From: Alphaproteobacteria bacterium | Lineage (GTDB): Bacteria > Pseudomonadota > Alphaproteobacteria > Rs-D84 | DNA length: 64,000 bases | Assembly: GCA_033345155.1 (NCBI GenBank) | Contig: JAWPOG010000045.1 | Coordinates: 5,795 to 69,794 of the forward strand | Direction: 5' to 3' | Shown: piece by piece, positions 59,084 through 64,000 of the stretch | Layout: the number at the start of each line of letters is the position of its first letter | Numbering within the stretch: the stretch's first letter is position 1 | The notes under the pieces: model-generated | What the model saw: only the letters and a program-made list of their open reading frames with translations | Database searches by the model: none | Told to the model about the DNA's origin: nothing | Program-made: the position numbers and the translations under genes

Positions 59084-61342
59084 ATGTCAGCAAAATTCAA
59101 CTTTTTATCAGCGTCGGGTAAGGGCAAGGGATTAAATATATTCCGGTCGTCTGCGTACAAAGAACACGAGCAAACGCCACTGGCGCGTGAATTTTGGTCG
59201 ATACGCTGGTCGATTATCATATGGATTATTGCTGCGATAATGGTTGCGGCATCTTTTCCGATTGAACACATTTGGCGGTATGGTTGGTCGCCGGCATCGA
59301 AACATTGGTTGATGATATATTTGCAAAATTTGTTTGCGTCGGGTGGGCTGTCTGTGTTGGCGGAATTACCGGCATGGATTGGACGATCTGTGATGCGCCC
59401 CGATATTGAATGCATTACACCACTGTTGCCAATTATTGGGTACTATTTTCTGTCTGATGCAACAATGACAGATGAATTTAACCCCCACAGCAAGGATAAG
59501 TTCGACGAAAAAACCGCACGTGTCGCAACCGCAGATGATATTAAGAAAATGGGCCAGGATTACAAGAACAAAGAAGGTTTGTTCAAGGGTTTTATGATGG
59601 TTCTGGGATTCTTCAAGGGCAAACCATTAATGTTTGATGAATGTCTGTCTACATTATGCGTTGCGCCCCCCGGGACCGGTAAAACCAAGGGTGTTGTGGA
59701 ACCGACAATTTTGGAATGCGATACGGTTTCCATGATTATTAACGACCCAAAACCTGAATTAAAGCAGACAACATCCGGATATCGTTCAACAATTGGCCCC
59801 GTATTTATTCTGAACTGGGCGGGTCAGGACGACCCTGCGCGTGGTGTTTACTATCCGTCATGGAATCCTTTGTCGCCGGGGCATGTGCCTTTTAATACCG
59901 AAGAACGCGACCTGTACGTAGATTCGATTGTGAATACATTAATTCCGGACCGTTCATCGTCTTCGGCGGACCCGCACTGGACAATTACGGGGCGCGCAGC
60001 ACTGACGGGATACATTCAATTCATTATTTCCAAGGTTGAACGTGCCAAGGCTGACGACTATTTCTATGCCCGTATATCAAACGGCACATTTAATGCCGAA
60101 GATGCAGCTGTGTTGTCTGATTATTATTTATCAATGAATTCGGACCCGAACGCCTATGCGGCGCATGCCTTGTTGCAACGGGGGGAACTAAATGCGATGA
60201 ATTATGTTCATGTCGGAACATGGGAACACATTCCTGATGCATGGCGTGGACGCGAGGCATCTTTTTCCATGATTCTGGATTGGCTGAATGCATCACAAAT
60301 TGCCATCGCCGAAGATATCGAAAACCGTCGCCGCCAGGGTGACCAGATGGTCATGATGGCAGACCCTGCCAAAGATATGTTTATGAAAGCTGTGGACGAA
60401 GCGCGCAGATACGCCTATTCTCATCGTGCAATCCAGGAATTAACCCAATTGGCCAGTACCCCCGACAAAGAACGCGGTTCTATTATGTCAACGGCGCAGT
60501 CGGGGCTGAATATATTCCGTAATGCCGCCGTGCGCAATCGTACAAGTCATTCAGACTTTCACTTTTCTGACCTGCGCGGTATGGTCGATCCGCGCGACGG
60601 CAAGATTAAACCAATTACAGTTTATTTGTCTATTAACATGGTTGATGCCCAGGCGTTGAATCCGATAACGGCAATATTCATTGAATTAATGTCGAATTTC
60701 TTGTTGGCGCACAAGCCCGGCGACATGCATCATGGACAAAAGCTTGGGCCGTGTCCAGTCTTGTTTGCGATTGACGAAATGCCAAAAATGCAAAAGCTGC
60801 GTGCGATTATCGAAGGGCCAGATCTTGGGCGTGGACAGAAAATTTCATACCTAATTATCGGCCAGGACCTGCACCAGATTCAGGAAAAATATGGTGCCGA
60901 TGCAGCCGCGACCATTATTTCAACAACAGCCGCGAAAATTGTTATGCGTCAAAATGACCCAGATACCGCAGACCGTTTTTCAAAAATGATGGGGTATAAA
61001 ATGAAAAAGAAAACCGTCAAAGGACCAGACGGCAAAGACAAAGAAGAAACCACCGAGGAATTACTGTTCACGCCAATGGATATCATGAAAATGAATCCCG
61101 AAGAACAATTGGTGATTATCCAGGGACACTATAACCGTCCGATTAAGGCAGACCAAGAACGGTGGTATAAAAACACAACTGCAATCCAGAAAAAAATGTA
61201 TGCCAAGGTTCAAATGGGTGAATGTGCGCCACTGCCTGAATTCTTGGTGCCGGCACATCACAGGGCGTTGGGGTATTCTGGTACGCCACGTATATATGAC
61301 CCCATGACCCAGCAAATCAAAGAATTGGTTTCAGCACAATAA
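59084..61342 (+). CDS. virD4: VirD4/TraG type IV coupling protein
   Basis: N-terminal TMs, APPGTGKT Walker A, INDPKPE, WNPL, FAIDEMP Walker B, QDLHQI..YG. Confidence 0.88.
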   Translation: MSAKFNFLSASGKGKGLNIFRSSAYKEHEQTPLAREFWSIRWSIIIWIIAAIMVAASFPIEHIWRYGWSPASKHWLMIYLQNLFASGGLSVLAELPAWIGRSVMRPDIECITPLLPIIGYYFLSDATMTDEFNPHSKDKFDEKTARVATADDIKKMGQDYKNKEGLFKGFMMVLGFFKGKPLMFDECLSTLCVAPPGTGKTKGVVEPTILECDTVSMIINDPKPELKQTTSGYRSTIGPVFILNWAGQDDPARGVYYPSWNPLSPGHVPFNTEERDLYVDSIVNTLIPDRSSSSADPHWTITGRAALTGYIQFIISKVERAKADDYFYARISNGTFNAEDAAVLSDYYLSMNSDPNAYAAHALLQRGELNAMNYVHVGTWEHIPDAWRGREASFSMILDWLNASQIAIAEDIENRRRQGDQMVMMADPAKDMFMKAVDEARRYAYSHRAIQELTQLASTPDKERGSIMSTAQSGLNIFRNAAVRNRTSHSDFHFSDLRGMVDPRDGKIKPITVYLSINMVDAQALNPITAIFIELMSNFLLAHKPGDMHHGQKLGPCPVLFAIDEMPKMQKLRAIIEGPDLGRGQKISYLIIGQDLHQIQEKYGADAAATIISTTAAKIVMRQNDPDTADRFSKMMGYKMKKKTVKGPDGKDKEETTEELLFTPMDIMKMNPEEQLVIIQGHYNRPIKADQERWYKNTTAIQKKMYAKVQMGECAPLPEFLVPAHHRALGYSGTPRIYDPMTQQIKELVSAQ

Positions 61343-61403
61343 TAAAATATAAATACAATTCAAGGTGCGTCAATTTATTAACCCCCGCAATTGCGGGGGA
61401 TTT

Positions 61404-62249
61404 TTATGGACACAAAGCCAATTGTTTTAATACATTCTGCACGTCATTATTCACAGAAACGGTTATCTTGCGCCGCAATCCATCTATGTATGTATAGTTG
61501 AATTTTGTATTCTTAAATTCTGGATATGCCTGGTACATTTGTTGAAATGGCGCCAACATAGCCCGGAACCATTGCCGACTTCGACACAGGCAACCGTTGC
61601 GCACATCTGCCACCACCACAGAAGTAGCTGTATTTGGATACATTGCGTCCAAATCATGGTCAGACATCATCAGACAGCGTGCCCCAAATTCGTAAAAATT
61701 CGCATCGTCAGACAAGAATTTATAAACTAAACCATCGCTGGCCCCTGCCTGCTTCAAAGCGTATGTCATACCGTCTGTACAGCATGCCTGGGCGGAACGC
61801 ATTAACATCTTGTACCGTTCTAATAATGGTGCGGCCTCGGGCATGTTTGCGTTAAAACCCTCGTTGTAATCGGCGGCATACAAAAATTCTGAAACCGACA
61901 CATCATTCAGTCGTGCGCTGCGTGGCGACACTGTTTCCCGAATAATTGGTTTTTTACGCCAAATATCACATTCTGCTGTGGTTTCAAATGGACACCAATA
62001 ATCAGCAATTGTAGTGTCAATCATCATATCGTATGCCCCGGTTGTAGTTCCAGTCATATCGCTGATGACATAATTTTGGTTCATCATATCTTGCTGATAA
62101 AATCCCGCATCGGTTTGTGTCCATTCGGTATCCATCCCAATTTCCATCGAATTGACATCACAGTCCGTACCGACACAATCAGACGCATGTGAATTTTGCA
62201 GCCCGTAAAGACACAACAAAGACGACAAAATAAATATCTTGGCTTTCAT
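61404..62249 (-). CDS. Secreted Cys-rich hypothetical protein
   Basis: Signal peptide; CP....C, ACC, CLC motifs; extended -10 promoter directly upstream. Confidence 0.8.
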   Translation of the reverse strand: MKAKIFILSSLLCLYGLQNSHASDCVGTDCDVNSMEIGMDTEWTQTDAGFYQQDMMNQNYVISDMTGTTTGAYDMMIDTTIADYWCPFETTAECDIWRKKPIIRETVSPRSARLNDVSVSEFLYAADYNEGFNANMPEAAPLLERYKMLMRSAQACCTDGMTYALKQAGASDGLVYKFLSDDANFYEFGARCLMMSDHDLDAMYPNTATSVVVADVRNGCLCRSRQWFRAMLAPFQQMYQAYPEFKNTKFNYTYIDGLRRKITVSVNNDVQNVLKQLALCP

Positions 62250-62363
62250 ACCTGTTATTATATCACAAAAATATAATGGATTAAAGTGCGTTTTTTATTG
62301 TTCAAAGCATATAAAAACCTTTATAATAATACTGTCTTTATAACTATAACCCAGGGGGAACTG

Positions 62364-63218
62364 ATGAAAAAAATATCAATACTGGCTTTATTGTCTGTGT
62401 TTGCTATACCTGCGTATGCGACTGATTCCAATGTTGCGCCGACCCAACACCAGGAAACGGCACAAACCGAACATGGTTTTTTACATGGGGTTCAGGTTGG
62501 GGTTGGCTTGTCCGCCACATCTGGCTTGAATGGTTTTGTTGGCTATGCTAACAAAGATTTTGATTCTTTTTGGGCCAAACGCTTGGGGTTAAGATTTGAT
62601 TTTGCCACTACCAAGCCGATTAAATCATTGATTAATGACGGCATAGATTCTGTGTTGGGCGATGACGGAATTGATTTAGGCGATTCTTTGACCATTAACA
62701 AGGGCAAAGCTGATGCGCATCACTATGCAGCGATGGTAGATTTTTATCCATTTGGCGACGCATGGTTTTTTGGTGGATGGCGCATAAGCGGTGGTTATTA
62801 TATGGGTGAAATGAATATGGTTGCGGATATCGCGGGTACAGTTGACGGCAGTACAGGCTATTATGAATTTGAACTGAACGGCAATAAATATGCCTATGCG
62901 GGTAATTCTGTCCATGGCACAGCGCAGTTGGATTGGGAATATCGTGGCCCATACCTTGGCACAGGTTTTGATTTGGGCTTGTTTGGTGGGGTTAAGATTT
63001 ATCTTGATGCTGGTGTTGTATTTACGAACAAGGCAGCCCAGTTGTCATTGGATGTTCCAACGGATAATTTGCAACAGTGGGATGGTTCTGCATGGGTTGC
63101 ATTTGATGCTGTGGATTTGGAAACAGTTATATCAGAAACATTATCAGACGCCCAGTCTGAATTGGATGATTTCAAATTTTATCCTGTGGTCAAGATGGGG
63201 TTCATGTATCGTTTTTGA
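62364..63218 (+). CDS. Outer membrane beta-barrel protein
   Basis: Signal peptide, VDFYPF, PYLGTGFD, C-terminal YPVVKMGFMYRF. Confidence 0.85.
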   Translation: MKKISILALLSVFAIPAYATDSNVAPTQHQETAQTEHGFLHGVQVGVGLSATSGLNGFVGYANKDFDSFWAKRLGLRFDFATTKPIKSLINDGIDSVLGDDGIDLGDSLTINKGKADAHHYAAMVDFYPFGDAWFFGGWRISGGYYMGEMNMVADIAGTVDGSTGYYEFELNGNKYAYAGNSVHGTAQLDWEYRGPYLGTGFDLGLFGGVKIYLDAGVVFTNKAAQLSLDVPTDNLQQWDGSAWVAFDAVDLETVISETLSDAQSELDDFKFYPVVKMGFMYRF

Positions 63219-63262
63219 TTGCAACAACCATAATAAAAGACCCGCAATTGCGGGTCTTTTAT

Positions 63263-64000
63263 TTATCTCATTCCGCCTGGTCCACCACGCATCGGGTTCA
63301 TTTGTTTTTTCGAGCCAGATGTCGTCATCCCAGTGCGTCCGACAATAACCTTGTCCCCCATCTGAATTTCATCTGATATAATTTCAGTTTCGGTTGCGGT
63401 TGTCAGCCCCTTTGAGTAAGGAATCATAATAACATTATCATCACGCAATATCGCCAAATGAGATACTGGTGTTGCGCCATTTGTAATCTCTGGATCCAAA
63501 AAGCTTGCGAAACTGCGCACCAAAAATGCCGAATTTGCGGCACGCCACACATTGCTTTTTTCGGAAATTATAATCGTTACAAACGCAGTCATTCCCGGCA
63601 TCAATCTTAAATTGCTGTTATCTACATCAATTACAACGGTATAAACAACAACATTAGAAGTGGTTGTTGGCGACAAACGAATCTGGCGCACGATGCCATC
63701 AAAAGTTTCTGCAGGATACGCATCAACGGTAAATGTGACAGGTTGTCCTTCTTGGATAACCCCGATATCTGCTTCGGACACAGCGGTTTCGATTTGCATT
63801 TTGGTCAAATCTTCGGCAATTTCGAACAGGTCGGGTGTCTGGAACGAAGCTGCCACAGTCTGTCCTACATCAACTTTGCGCGAAATAACGGTGCCATCAA
63901 CCGGCGACACAATTGTTGCATACCCTAAATTTGTTGTTGCACGGTCATATGTGGACTGTGCGCGTTTGACGGATTGTTCTGCTTGTTCGTATTGTGTTTG
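63263..64000 (-). CDS. MacA-like efflux periplasmic adaptor, 5' end beyond window
   Basis: Frame open to the window edge; NLGYATIVSPVDGTVISR.VDVGQTVAASFQTP, VSEADIG, LMPGMTA. Confidence 0.92.
   Translation of the reverse strand, partial: QTQYEQAEQSVKRAQSTYDRATTNLGYATIVSPVDGTVISRKVDVGQTVAASFQTPDLFEIAEDLTKMQIETAVSEADIGVIQEGQPVTFTVDAYPAETFDGIVRQIRLSPTTTSNVVVYTVVIDVDNSNLRLMPGMTAFVTIIISEKSNVWRAANSAFLVRSFASFLDPEITNGATPVSHLAILRDDNVIMIPYSKGLTTATETEIISDEIQMGDKVIVGRTGMTTSGSKKQMNPMRGGPGGMR

Overview
Chromosomal segment of a streamlined, diderm alphaproteobacterium (GapR/DUF2312, class II IleRS, LptD/LptF/LpxD, stand-alone VirD4). An uncultured Rickettsiales-related gut lineage such as Rs-D84 is plausible but is inference only. 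Most of the window is housekeeping: metG, queH, fabD/fabG/fabZ, mnmG, tRNA-Thr(CGT), skp, ileS, nth, lpxD, nusA-infB, rlmN, surA, lptD/lptF, a MacB-type ABC system, der, comF, mrcA-mraY-ftsW-murG, MarR-TolC-MFP-RND, gyrA, rpmH, pyk, fba, rluB and rsmE, interspersed with lineage-specific Cys-rich or outer-membrane proteins. The strongest signal is two independent pairings of a small nuclease with a palindromic repeat, with no transposase or integrase. (1) A DUF559/Vsr-like nuclease plus an inverted REP doublet is inserted in frame inside an otherwise intact queH, and a solo repeat of the same architecture follows der. (2) A ~2.3 kb AT-rich cassette between mnmG and tRNA-Thr is bounded by perfect 35-bp inverted GTCATTCCCGCGCAGGCGGGAAT-type repeats. 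It carries a repeat-flanked GIY-YIG nuclease and three membrane-protein genes behind a c4/CI-like antisense-RNA leader. Also seen: an Ile-codon leader-peptide attenuator before ileS, an RND pump lacking the proton-relay aspartates, MetRS with a PheT/YtpR-type tRNA-binding tail, several apparently leaderless genes, and two small ORFs below the track cut-off (rpmH and a 36-aa hydrophobic peptide). All calls come from visual motif recognition; no database searches were run.
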